From: an uncultured Planctomycetota bacterium
Lineage (GTDB): Bacteria > Planctomycetota > UBA1135 > UBA2386
Direction: 5' to 3'
Assembly (NCBI GenBank): GCA_963823025.1
Contig: CAWGKH010000021.1
Location: 17,955-81,954, forward strand
DNA length: 64,000 nucleotides
The notes beneath the pieces were generated by a model. The model was not told where the DNA came from, made no database searches, and saw only the letters and a program-made list of their open reading frames with translations. Shown in pieces: positions 11,238-20,622 of the stretch. Position numbers and translations under genes: made by a program. The stretch's first letter is position 1. Each line of letters opens with the position of its first letter.

Positions 11238-12435
11238 GTGCGAGGTCGTCGTCGTTCTCGTCCAGGGCCTCGAAGGCCTCCTGCAGCGACTCCTCGACCG
11301 AGAGGTTGAGCTCCTCGAGGCGTTCCATGCCGCCCGGGACGACGACGGCGCCTTCGCGCGCGAAGTGCACGAGGTGCTGGTAGACCTCGGGCAAGGGCAG
11401 GCCGGTCATCTCGGTGAGCGCGATGGGGCTGTTCTCGCCGTTGACCATCGTCAGCATCTTGATCTCGAGCACACCGAGGTTGAGGCCCGAGATGCGCGCG
11501 AGCATGTCGGGCATCGGCTCGATCGGCGCGTAGGGGTCGGGGAACACCGCGACCAGGGTCCGCCAGTCGTCGAGCTTCTTGCTGATCTCGAGGAGCACCG
11601 GCGTGATGCCGAGTCGGAGGTCGGCCTGCAGCGCGAAGTCCGGCAGCGCATCGAGCTTCTTGTAGTGGAAGTTGCAGCGCTCCTGCTCGCGCAGGAAGTC
11701 GAGCAGCACCTCGGCGCCGAGCTGCCGCAGGACGGTGCGGAGCTCCATGTCCTTGAACACGCCCGCCTCGGCCAGCGCGAGCAGCAACGGCGTCCCTTCC
11801 TGCGTGTGCCGGTGCTCGGCCGCCCGGATCTGCTCGGCCGAGATCTCGCGATACTGCATCGGGGACTGACCCGGCATCACGCGGCGCACCAGGTGATGCG
11901 CGTCCAGCAGCGTGATCTGGCCACGCTGGATGTAGACGTCGAGGCGGTTGTCGTGCTTCTCCAGGCCGAGGCAGCCGGTGTGCTTCCCCGAGCCGAGCAT
12001 CTGCATCACTTCCTCGATGCTGATGAAGTCGGCACGCCCTGCGAAGCTGAAGTCCCGCGGACCGGAGCCGTCGAGGATCGTGCGGTCCACGGCCCCGGCG
12101 AGCTCCTGCAGCGTCGAGCTCCCGACGATCGCGCCGAGCACCCACTCGGCGACCTGGATCTCCTCGCGTGCCTGCGGCGTGTTGAGGAAGCTGCGGAACG
12201 AGCGGCGCAGGCGCGAGAACATCACCTCGCCGATGAGGTCGCGGGTCTCGCTCTTCGTGCCCTTCATCTCCTGCTTGCGCAGGACGAGGTCGCGAACCCG
12301 CCCGAGCACGTGTGTGAAGTCACGCTCCGCGGTGTCGGCCTCTTTGGCCACCACGGCTTCGACGATCCGTCCGATCCGCGCGGTGAGCTCCTCGGTCTCC
12401 GCGCCGGTGGCTTCCTCTTTGCAGGTGTCGGTCAC
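11143..12435 (-). CDS. DUF4388 (PatA N-terminal-like) domain protein
   Basis: FAGRADFISIEEVMQMLGSGKHTGCLGL...VYIQRGQI matches the DUF4388 pattern; acidic C-tail. GTG start at 12435 is inferred. Confidence 0.75.
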   Translation of the reverse strand: MTDTCKEEATGAETEELTARIGRIVEAVVAKEADTAERDFTHVLGRVRDLVLRKQEMKGTKSETRDLIGEVMFSRLRRSFRSFLNTPQAREEIQVAEWVLGAIVGSSTLQELAGAVDRTILDGSGPRDFSFAGRADFISIEEVMQMLGSGKHTGCLGLEKHDNRLDVYIQRGQITLLDAHHLVRRVMPGQSPMQYREISAEQIRAAEHRHTQEGTPLLLALAEAGVFKDMELRTVLRQLGAEVLLDFLREQERCNFHYKKLDALPDFALQADLRLGITPVLLEISKKLDDWRTLVAVFPDPYAPIEPMPDMLARISGLNLGVLEIKMLTMVNGENSPIALTEMTGLPLPEVYQHLVHFAREGAVVVPGGMERLEELNLSVEESLQEAFEALDENDDDLALNSALDKVLGAGNQSEDDESFSLEFLTPNDD

Positions 12436-12535
12436 GGCGGGGCTGCTGATGGATCTTCGACCCCTGGACGGTGGCGCCTTGAGCACGAAGCCGGGTCTTG
12501 CCGGCCGGCGCCCCCGCGCCGAGGATCCGGGCGCG

Positions 12536-13505
12536 ATGCGACGTGCCGCGGCGACCTGCACCCTCCTCCTCGCCGCGCTGGCACAAGGCGCCGGCGGCGC
12601 GCCGGGCGTGGCGCCGGCCGGCCCTCGCGGCCCCGACGACGCCGCGTCGTGTGCGCGCTGCCACCGGCAGATCGCCGACGAGTGGCGGGAATCGGCACAT
12701 GCGCACGCGTTCCGCGACCCCCGCTATCGGCGAGCGCTGGAGACGCGTCGAGAACCCGAGCGGTGCGCCGGCTGCCACGCCCCGAAGCCGGTTCACGAGC
12801 GACTCGGGCGGATGCCGGCCGCACGCGACGAGGCGCGCGAGGACGGCGTCGAGCTGCATCGCCTGCCACCGCGTGGAGGAGCGTATCGCGGGGCCGTTCG
12901 AGACCGACACCGACGCGCACCCGACGACGCGGCATCCGTCGTTCACGGCCGGTGGCTCGGTCAGCCTCTGCGCGTCGTGCCACGACACGACGATCGGGCC
13001 GGTGCACGCGCTGGCAGCGGACTTCCTGGCCTCGGGCCTCGCCGAGCGCGGCAAGAGCTGCATCGGCTGCCACATGCCGCGGGCGCTCCGGGCGATCGCT
13101 ACGGACCCCGATTCCGGCGCCGAAAACGGACCGCCGCGGGACGGCCGGAGCCACGCGTTGCGCGGGCCGGGCGATCCCGAGTTCTGCGCCGAGGCCTTCA
13201 AGATCGCGCTCGCGCCGGCGCCGGGCGGCGCGCTCGAGCTCGCGGTCGGCAACCGCGCCGGGCATCGCGTGCCCGGCCTCGACCTGCGGCGATTCGTGGT
13301 GATCGTGCGGCAGCTCGACGCGAAGGGCGGCCCGGTCGCCGAGAATCGCGTCGTATTCTCGACCGAGAACCCGCTCTATGTTCGCGAGACGCGGCGGTTC
13401 CGGATTCCGCGGGCGCGTGGCGCAGTGCGGGCCGAGACCGTCCTCGTGCACGAGCTGGACGGCGAGGCGGTCGCCGAACTCTCGCGCGAGGAACACACGT
13501 GGTGA
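12536..13505 (+). CDS. Exported multiheme cytochrome c (5 CxxCH, c554-like) with a +1 frame break near 12851
   Basis: Signal peptide, then CARCH and CAGCH in one frame and CIACH, CASCH, CIGCH in the next. Removing one G in ggcgtcGagctgc restores EDGVSCIACH. WRESAHAHAF and NRAGHRVP are family-typical. Confidence 0.85.
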
Positions 13506-13530
13506 ACGAGAACGTGCCGAAGAGAACACC

Positions 13531-14514
13531 GTGACGCCGGACACGACATCGATCGAGCAGCACCTCGAGGACGCCCGACGCGTGCTCGGCGAGCTCGGAC
13601 TGCGAGAGAACCCGGACGTGCGCCTGCGCCCGGTGTCGGGCCACAACACCTCGTTGCTGGTCCCGTGCGTCGGCGGCGAGGACCGCGAGTTCGTCCTCAA
13701 GCTGTTCGTCCCGCCGGCCGACGGCGTGTTCTACCCCGCGGGCGTGCGACTCGAGGACTACGCGCGCCGCGAAGGGGCGTTCTATCGGTTCCTCGACACG
13801 ATCGACCCGACCCGGCGCGAGCTGCCGGCACCGCGCACGATCCTGATCGACAGCGTCGACCCGCCGCGCTGGATCCTGCTCCAGTGGATCCGCGGCGCCG
13901 TCGGCCCGGCCGAAGAGGTGCTCGGCGCGGATCAGATCTTCGACGTGCTGCACCGGCTCCGCGGCATCCCGATCGACCGCATGCTCGGCCGGCGCTACTT
14001 CCCGCTGAATCACTGGGACGTCATCAGCTACCTCGAGCGCGTGCGCGTGATGTACGACGTCGTGCTGCAGGTGATCGGCACGCGGCGGTGGCGAGGCGTG
14101 CAGAGCTTCTTCGACGATGCCGTGCGGTGGACCGAGTCCCGGCCGATGACGCTCGTCCACGGCGACTTCACCGAGCAGAACATCCTCGTCGACGGGGAAG
14201 GGCACCCGTTCCTGATCGACTTCGAGCGCGTGGGGATCGGCAACGAGGACCACGACTTCGCGTGGCTCTGGATCCACTCGGCCCGCTCGCAGGGTTGGAA
14301 GCGCGCGCTGCTCGACCGCCACCTCGGCTCGCGCTACGGCTCCGACCGCATCCGGGCCGAGTGGGGCATCCGTTCGGCCCTCGTCTACCTGGCGCTCCGC
14401 CGCCTGCGCTTCGGGTTCCTCGTGCACGGCGCGGAGGATCCGAACACCGCCCGCAACCTCGCGCTGCTCGACGCCGCGTTGGCCGGCGGCCGCGACCTCT
14501 TTCCGCCCCAGTGA
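13531..14514 (+). CDS. Aminoglycoside phosphotransferase/choline-kinase-like (APH family) protein
   Basis: FVLK, REGAFY, Brenner-type motif LVHGDFTEQNILV and LIDFE. GTG start is inferred. Confidence 0.8.
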   Translation: MTPDTTSIEQHLEDARRVLGELGLRENPDVRLRPVSGHNTSLLVPCVGGEDREFVLKLFVPPADGVFYPAGVRLEDYARREGAFYRFLDTIDPTRRELPAPRTILIDSVDPPRWILLQWIRGAVGPAEEVLGADQIFDVLHRLRGIPIDRMLGRRYFPLNHWDVISYLERVRVMYDVVLQVIGTRRWRGVQSFFDDAVRWTESRPMTLVHGDFTEQNILVDGEGHPFLIDFERVGIGNEDHDFAWLWIHSARSQGWKRALLDRHLGSRYGSDRIRAEWGIRSALVYLALRRLRFGFLVHGAEDPNTARNLALLDAALAGGRDLFPPQ

Positions 14515-14541
14515 AATTTCCGGGCGGGCCGCCTCGGGGCG

Positions 14542-14574
14542 GCGGCACCAAAGGTGCCGCAAACCGGCGGCACC
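14542..14574. promoter_or_regulatory. Perfect inverted repeat GCGGCACC-aaa-GGTGCCGC plus a third GCGGCACC half-site; candidate activator-binding site or terminator hairpin
   Basis: Read directly at 14542-14560 and 14567-14574, about 100 bp upstream of the sigma-54 motif. Confidence 0.45.
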
Positions 14575-14656
14575 TCGACCGGGACCAGCGGGGAACGACG
14601 CGCGCAAACCCCGTGGAATTGCGGGCTGCAGCGTTCCGAAGATCGACGGCAAGCGG

Positions 14657-14672
14657 TGGCACACGCTTTGCT
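14657..14672 (+). promoter_or_regulatory. Sigma-54 (-24/-12) promoter
   Basis: TGGCAC-ACGCT-TTGCT matches the TGGCAC-N5-TTGC consensus with GG-N10-GC spacing; intergenic and oriented toward the ECF gene. Confidence 0.75.
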
Positions 14673-14683
14673 TCTCCCCGCGC

Positions 14684-15349
14684 ATGCCCTCTCGCGCACG
14701 CTTCGTCACCTCTCCCCACCAGCGACGTCTCGCGGCCACGGCGGCGCTGACCGATGACGAGCTGATGGCCATGTTGGAGCGCGGACAGGCCGAGGACGGC
14801 CTCGCCGCTCTTCAGGATCGCTATCACAAGCGCATCCTGCACTTCGTGCGGGGCCTGCTGCGCGATGCTCATCTCGCACAGGACGTGACGCAGGAGGTGT
14901 TCGAGAAGGTCTTCCTCAAGAGCCACCTCTATCAGCCCGGTACCAACTTCCGCGCGTGGCTGTTCGAGGTCGCGCGGAACCAGGCACTGTCGGCGCTGCG
15001 CGCCCGCCGCCGGAGCCCGCGCCCGGTCAGCAGCCTGATCAACCTGCCGTTCGAGGACGACGAGCAGGATCTGCTCGAGTCGCTGCCGGAGGATCGCGAG
15101 AACCGCGACCTCGAGGAGCGCGAGTTCATGGCCGCGTTCGCGCAGGCCGTCGAGGAGCTGCCCGAGCGGTATCAGACGGTGTTCAACCTCTGCGTGCGCG
15201 AAGGCCGGCCCTATCAGGAGGCCGCGGAGCGCCTGAACCTGCCGACGGGGACCGTGGCGATCCGGATCATGCGGGCGCGGAAGCGGCTGTTCCAGGCGCT
15301 GTCGCATCATCTCGGCCGCCTGCGCCGCCCGCCGGCCTGCTTCCAGTGA
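14684..15349 (+). CDS. ECF sigma-70 factor
   Basis: AQDVTQEVFEKVF, FRAWLFEVARNQAL, ELPERYQTVFNL...YQEAAERLNLPTGTVAIRIMRARKRL. Start may instead be ATG 14765. Confidence 0.92.
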   Translation: MPSRARFVTSPHQRRLAATAALTDDELMAMLERGQAEDGLAALQDRYHKRILHFVRGLLRDAHLAQDVTQEVFEKVFLKSHLYQPGTNFRAWLFEVARNQALSALRARRRSPRPVSSLINLPFEDDEQDLLESLPEDRENRDLEEREFMAAFAQAVEELPERYQTVFNLCVREGRPYQEAAERLNLPTGTVAIRIMRARKRLFQALSHHLGRLRRPPACFQ

Positions 15350-15415
15350 CGGGGGTGGATGCCGGTCGCGACCGGCATCGTTGATCCGCGCCGGCGAGGG
15401 GGTAGACCATCGGGC

Positions 15416-17500
15416 ATGAAGCCCGAGGTGCACGCGGAGACGGTCCAGCTCGCCGGTACCGAGCTGACGCTCGAGACCGGTCGTATCGCTCGCCAGGCAT
15501 CGGGCGCGGTCGTGGTGCGCTCGGGCGACAACGTCGTGCTCGCCACGGTGGTCGTCGGTCCGGGACGCGTAGGCCTCGACTTCTTTCCGCTGACCGTCGA
15601 GTACCGCGAGAAGATGGCAGCCGCGGGGCGCATCCCCGGCAACTTCCAGCGGCGCGAGGGTCGCATCAGCGATCACGAGGTGCTGCACAGCCGCCTGATC
15701 GACCGATCGATCCGCTCGCTGTTCCCGAAGGGCTATCGCGCCGAGGTCCAGGTGCAGGTCCAGGTGCTGTCGGCGGATCCGGCGGCGGACCTGACGACGC
15801 TCGGGATCGTCGGCGCGTGCGCGGCGCTGCATCTGAGCGAGGCGCCGGCGCTGGGGCCGGCCGTGGGCGTCCGGATCGCCGACCGCCCAGGCGGTGCCTT
15901 CACGGCGTTCCCGACCAGCAGCCGCCGCACCGAGGCGTCGCTCGACTTCATCGTCAGCGCCGGACCGAACGGGCTGGTGATGGTCGAGGGCGGTGCGCGA
16001 GAGGTCGACGAAGCGACCTGCGTCGCGGCACTCGAGCAGGCGCAGGAGTGGATCGGCCGGCTCGCGCGCGCGATCGACGCGCTGCGCGCACGTGCGGGGG
16101 TGCCGAAAGCCGAGCCACCGGCGACGCGCGAAGCGACCGCGTTGCCCGACCCCCACCGAGCGGCGCTGCGCGAGGCACTCGCGATCCCGCAGAAGGCCGA
16201 ACGGCGCGCGGCGATCGACGCGGCGCGCGCCGCCGCGCTCGCGACGGCGAGCGACGAGGAGGGCGCGGATCTCGCCAAGGCGTTCGACGCGGCGAAGTCG
16301 CAGATCGTGCGCGAGACCATCCTGTCGGGTGGCGCGCGGCTCGACGGGCGCGGCGCGACCGATATCCGACCGATCTGGTGCGAGGTCGGCTGGCTGCCGC
16401 GCGCGCACGGGTCGGCGATCTTCACGCGCGGCGAGACGCAGGCGCTCGTGACCTGCACGCTCGGCACCGCCGAGGAGGCGCAGCGCGTCGACGGCCTGGA
16501 CGGCCTGCACGACGAGCACTTCCTGCTCCACTACAACTTCCCGCCGTACAGCGTCGGCGAGATCCGGCCGCTGCGCGGGCCCGGGCGGCGCGAGATCGGC
16601 CACGGCTTCCTGGCGCGTCGTGGGCTCCTGCCGGCGTTGCCGTCGTTCGAGGAGTTCCCCTACACGCTCCGGCTCGAGTCGGAGATCAGCGAGAGCAACG
16701 GGTCGTCGTCGATGGCCACGGCATGCGGCGGCTGCCTCGCGCTGATGCAGGCGGGTGTCCCGATGTCGAGGCCGGTCGCCGGCATCGCGATGGGGCTCGT
16801 CACCGACGGCGAGCGCACGGTCGTGCTCTCGGACATCCTCGGCGACGAGGACCACCTCGGCGACATGGACTTCAAGGTCGTCGGCACCGCCGAAGGCGTG
16901 ACCGCGCTGCAGCTCGACAACAAGGTCGGCGGGATCACGTCGGAGCAGCTCGGGAAGGCACTCGCGCAGGCTCGCGACGGCCGGCTCCACATCCTCGAAG
17001 AGATGGCGAAGACGCTGGCCGAGCCGGCGAAGGAGCTGAGCCCACGCGCCCCACGGGTCGTCCGGACCGCGATCATGCCCGACTCGGTCGCCGTGCTGAT
17101 CGGGCCACGCGGCCAGACGATCAAGTCGATCGCCGCGACCACCGGCGCGAAGGTCAACGTCGACGACGACGGCGTCGTGCGCATCTACGCCGCCGCGGAC
17201 GCGACGGCGCGCAAGGCGCTGCGCATGGTGGGCAAGGTCGCCGGCGTCGTGAAGCGCGGCGGCTACTACACCGGCACCGTCGTCAGCGTGAAGGACTTCG
17301 GGATGTTCGTCCGGCTCAACGAGGTGGTCGAGGGCCTGGTCGGACGCGACGAGCTCTACGAACGCCGGAACGCACCCGACCGCGCGTTCGAGCCGGGTGA
17401 CGACATCGTCGTCCGCGTGGTCGGACTCGACGACCGGGGGCGCGTCAAGCTCTCGCGCCGCGCCGCGATCGGCGTCGACGAGGCGCTCGTCGAGTTCTGA
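15416..17500 (+). CDS. pnp: Polyribonucleotide nucleotidyltransferase (PNPase)
   Basis: DFFPLTVEYREK, RAHGSAIFTRGETQAL, HYNFPPYSVGE, RREIGHG, SNGSSSMA, DILGDEDHLGDMDFKV; KH (IGPRGQTI) and S1 domains. Confidence 0.96.
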   Translation: MKPEVHAETVQLAGTELTLETGRIARQASGAVVVRSGDNVVLATVVVGPGRVGLDFFPLTVEYREKMAAAGRIPGNFQRREGRISDHEVLHSRLIDRSIRSLFPKGYRAEVQVQVQVLSADPAADLTTLGIVGACAALHLSEAPALGPAVGVRIADRPGGAFTAFPTSSRRTEASLDFIVSAGPNGLVMVEGGAREVDEATCVAALEQAQEWIGRLARAIDALRARAGVPKAEPPATREATALPDPHRAALREALAIPQKAERRAAIDAARAAALATASDEEGADLAKAFDAAKSQIVRETILSGGARLDGRGATDIRPIWCEVGWLPRAHGSAIFTRGETQALVTCTLGTAEEAQRVDGLDGLHDEHFLLHYNFPPYSVGEIRPLRGPGRREIGHGFLARRGLLPALPSFEEFPYTLRLESEISESNGSSSMATACGGCLALMQAGVPMSRPVAGIAMGLVTDGERTVVLSDILGDEDHLGDMDFKVVGTAEGVTALQLDNKVGGITSEQLGKALAQARDGRLHILEEMAKTLAEPAKELSPRAPRVVRTAIMPDSVAVLIGPRGQTIKSIAATTGAKVNVDDDGVVRIYAAADATARKALRMVGKVAGVVKRGGYYTGTVVSVKDFGMFVRLNEVVEGLVGRDELYERRNAPDRAFEPGDDIVVRVVGLDDRGRVKLSRRAAIGVDEALVEF

Positions 17501-17516
17501 CCGCCACCGCGGCCGC

Positions 17517-17996
17517 TCAGCCGTACACGCGCTCGGGCCAGATGCGCTTCACGCGGTCGGCGAGGTGACGCGGCAGCACGCCGTATGCGAACGTGCCCGG
17601 CGGCCCCCGGCGGACGGCCACCAGCGTGCCGCTCGCGAGCTGGTGCCGGTCGGTCTCCGAGGTCCGGAAGAACGGCAGGAAGCCCCCCTCGACCTCGAAG
17701 TGCCAGATCGCGCCACCGCGCGCCGGCTCGCGCGCCTCGTTGTCGAGGATCGCGAGGCACGCGGCGCGCTCGGCCTCCGCCTGCCGCGCGGATTCGGACT
17801 CGAGCTCGCGCGTGCGATCGCGCTCCCGCTCGGCCTGACGTTTCGCCTCGATCTCGCGCTGGCGCTTCGCCTGCTCGCTCTCGAGGCCCTCGCGGCCGAC
17901 CTCCTTGCGCTTCACCCGCTCCTCGTGCGCGAGTCGGCGGGCTTCCTTCTCGGAGAGGACCTTCGCCTTCTTGAGCTGGTCGCGGAGGTTGCCCAT
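17517..17996 (-). CDS. DUF2058 (YaiL-like) family protein
   Basis: N-terminal NLRDQLKKAKVLSEKEA, charged coiled coil, C-terminal QLASGTLVAV...YGVLPRHLADRVKRIWPERV pattern. Confidence 0.7.
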   Translation of the reverse strand: MGNLRDQLKKAKVLSEKEARRLAHEERVKRKEVGREGLESEQAKRQREIEAKRQAERERDRTRELESESARQAEAERAACLAILDNEAREPARGGAIWHFEVEGGFLPFFRTSETDRHQLASGTLVAVRRGPPGTFAYGVLPRHLADRVKRIWPERVYG

Positions 17997-18045
17997 CCCC
18001 GGCATCCTACCGCGCGGGGCAGCTCTCGGCCCGCGTGCGGACCGC

Positions 18046-18339
18046 TCAGATCGGCTCGAGGAACCGCACGGCGACGCCGACCTGGCCCTCGCCGATCGTC
18101 TCGACGCGCACCAGCTCCGCTTCCACCGGCTCGTCGCGCCCCTCGATCCGCACCAGGACCCGCGGGCGGGCGGACGAGACGAAGTAGACCCCGGAGGCCG
18201 AGATGTTGCGCCCCGGACCGACCAACGAGAGGTCCGCGAACGAGACCGTCACCTGACCGTCGAAGAAGACGCGCTCGGCGACGCGGCGCTCCGCGGTGCC
18301 TTGCGCTGGCAGCTCCTGCTGCTCGTCGGGTCGATTCAT
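18046..18339 (-). CDS. Single-domain PilZ protein (c-di-GMP receptor)
   Basis: RxxxR motif (ERRVAER) and (D/N)xSxxG motif (NISASG); ends with GVAVRF. Confidence 0.85.
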   Translation of the reverse strand: MNRPDEQQELPAQGTAERRVAERVFFDGQVTVSFADLSLVGPGRNISASGVYFVSSARPRVLVRIEGRDEPVEAELVRVETIGEGQVGVAVRFLEPI

Positions 18340-18397
18340 CGGATAGGCTCCCCGCCGACTCCCTCCACGACAGCATCGACCGAACCCCCGACCGGCC

Positions 18398-19039
18398 TTG
18401 ACCGCGCCCGACGACAGACGGGTGGAAACCCCGTATCAGCGCGACGCCGACTACCCGCGTCGCTACCGCGACGAACGGTTCCGGACCGGCAGCGGACCCG
18501 CCACGCACCGGCGCGAGGTCCGCGCCATCCGCCGGCTGTTGCGGCGCGCCAGCTGGCGCGACGGCCCATGGCTCGACGTGCCCTGTGGCGCCGGTCGCAT
18601 GAGCGACCTCCTGCCCGGCCCGCCGATCGGTGTCGACCGCGCGGTGGGGATGCTCGCCGCCGGCGGACCGGCGCGGCCCTCGGTGTGCGCTTCGGCGTCC
18701 GCGCTGCCGTTTCCCGACGCGACGTTCGCCGGCGCGCTCTGCCACCGGCTGTTGCATCACATCCCGACGAGCGAAGAGCGCGTGCGGATCCTGATGGAGA
18801 TCGCGCGCGTCACCGACGGCCCGTTGGTCGTGTCGTTCTTCCATGCGCCGAGTCTGCAGCACGCACGGCGACTGATCGCACGGCAGCTCGGCAAACCAAC
18901 GAGCGGCCGCGGCGCGATCACGCTCGGACGGTTCCTCGGCGACCTCCGGGCGGCGGGACTGCGGCCGCGCGCGTTCGAAGCACTGCTCCCGTTCGTCAGC
19001 GAGCAGTGGCTCGTCCTCGCCGAACGCGCGGCTCCCTGA
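18398..19039 (+). CDS. Class I SAM-dependent methyltransferase
   Basis: WLDVPCGAGR motif I, IGVD, ASALPFPDATF, LLHHI. Confidence 0.85.
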   Translation: MTAPDDRRVETPYQRDADYPRRYRDERFRTGSGPATHRREVRAIRRLLRRASWRDGPWLDVPCGAGRMSDLLPGPPIGVDRAVGMLAAGGPARPSVCASASALPFPDATFAGALCHRLLHHIPTSEERVRILMEIARVTDGPLVVSFFHAPSLQHARRLIARQLGKPTSGRGAITLGRFLGDLRAAGLRPRAFEALLPFVSEQWLVLAERAAP

Positions 19040-19056
19040 CGCCCGCGAGGCGCCGC

Positions 19057-20622
19057 TCAGCGGGGCGCGAATCGCGTCTCGCAGAACTCCTCGATCGCCG
19101 CCGCGCGCTCGGCCAGGACGAGCGGCCAGGCCACGCCGTCCGGATCGAGCACGCGGGCGTGTCGATCGCCGCCGAACTGACGCGGGAGATTCAGGAGCGC
19201 CGACGTGGACGGGTGGCCCTGTGCGGGCAGGCCGAGCACGAAGAGATCCGGATGCGCCTCGAGATCGTCCGCCGTCAGCAACCCGCCCGTGGCGAGGACG
19301 ATCCCGAGTGGCGACTCCGGATCCTCGACCGCCGCGCGGGACACCGCGTAGGCGCCCTCGCGCTCGCCGATCCAGACCGTCCGCTTGCCGTCGATCGGCA
19401 ACAGGCGTTCGATCCACCGCAGCGCGTTCTCGACCGCACGCGGCGCACTCGAGAATCGGCCCGGGGATTCCAACACGACGACGTGGTAGCGGTGTTCGGA
19501 ATCGAAGCCCGCCGCGTCGAGTTTCGCGCGCAGCCAACCGGGATCGGTCGACTCGGGTGTGCTCGGGCGGTCGGCGTGCGCGTCCCACGTCGGCGCGCCC
19601 GCCACGAACAGGCACAGCGGCTTTGCGTGGTCCGCGTGGTCGGCATCGGGTACGTCGACCGACACCGCTGCCATCACCTGCGGCTCGCCGACCTCACCCG
19701 GCACCCGATCGACCGGCACCGCGAGGTTCATGCGGCCCGAGAGTCCGTGCAGCGCCGGCCGGTTCGCGCACAGGTTCGCGTAGATGGCCTCGGCGCGCTG
19801 CAGCTCCGCGGCAGGATCGGCTCCGGGGGCGCCGGGTTCGGCGTTGTAGACGCGATCGACCTGCCACAGTGCACCGTTCAGCATCGCGCGAGAGAACGCG
19901 TCGCGCCGCGACTCGGGAATGCGCGACGCGAGTTGCTCGACGCGTAGCGACGTCTCCGGAGTCGTGTCGGTCGCGAGCGGCAGCGCTTCGGCGCGCGTCT
20001 TGAACCCGGGCACGATCCAGAAGTCCGCCCCGGCGACCACGTCCTGCGCTCGCGGCGGTTGATCGTCGACGAGGGTGCGCACGTCGACGTGGTAGCGACC
20101 GGCGGGCAGGTCCTTCACCTCGATCGCGACGGTGGGCCGCGCGCGAAGCAGATCCTCGACCGCGGTCTTCTCGGTCACGAGCTCGCGATGCCTGGTCTCG
20201 CCCTTCGCATCCCGGAGCAGGACCTCGAACGCACACGTGCCGACGTCGGGCACGACGCGCGGCGCGTACATCGTGACGTGCACCTCATGGTAGGTGTCCT
20301 GGTCGACGGCCTCGGGGAGCACGAGGGCCATGACGCCGGCGCGGAACCGCGCGAGGTCGTCCGGCTCGGCGCCGGCGGCGATGGCGAGCGCATCGGCGAC
20401 GACGGTGAACGGCGTGTCCGAGCCGACCTCGGCGAGCCGCGCCGCGATCCGACGACGGACGTCGAGCTCGGCGTCGTGGCTCCGCAAGAAGAGCTGCTGC
20501 CGCAGCTCCTGGAGCCACGCGTAGCCGCGTCGTTCGAGACGCATGAACTGGGCGCTCGCACCGTCCACCAACACGAGGCAAGCGGCGAGCGCGAGGACGG
20601 AGATGCCTGCTGCGCGAGTCAT
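19057..20622 (-). CDS. Exported protein with C-terminal alpha/beta-hydrolase-like domain, nucleophile apparently lost
   Basis: Signal peptide ending GASAQ; KPLCLFVAG...PIDGKRTVWIGEREGAYAV resembles the IDxxRvyLxGxSxGG elbow. ATG overlaps the queE stop. Confidence 0.6.
   Translation of the reverse strand: MTRAAGISVLALAACLVLVDGASAQFMRLERRGYAWLQELRQQLFLRSHDAELDVRRRIAARLAEVGSDTPFTVVADALAIAAGAEPDDLARFRAGVMALVLPEAVDQDTYHEVHVTMYAPRVVPDVGTCAFEVLLRDAKGETRHRELVTEKTAVEDLLRARPTVAIEVKDLPAGRYHVDVRTLVDDQPPRAQDVVAGADFWIVPGFKTRAEALPLATDTTPETSLRVEQLASRIPESRRDAFSRAMLNGALWQVDRVYNAEPGAPGADPAAELQRAEAIYANLCANRPALHGLSGRMNLAVPVDRVPGEVGEPQVMAAVSVDVPDADHADHAKPLCLFVAGAPTWDAHADRPSTPESTDPGWLRAKLDAAGFDSEHRYHVVVLESPGRFSSAPRAVENALRWIERLLPIDGKRTVWIGEREGAYAVSRAAVEDPESPLGIVLATGGLLTADDLEAHPDLFVLGLPAQGHPSTSALLNLPRQFGGDRHARVLDPDGVAWPLVLAERAAAIEEFCETRFAPR

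Noticed and set aside
14555-14640. GCAAACC motifs suggesting a c-di-GMP-I riboswitch
   Set aside because: The required GNRA-capped P2 stem and downstream GCAAAGC/P3 arrangement could not be built.
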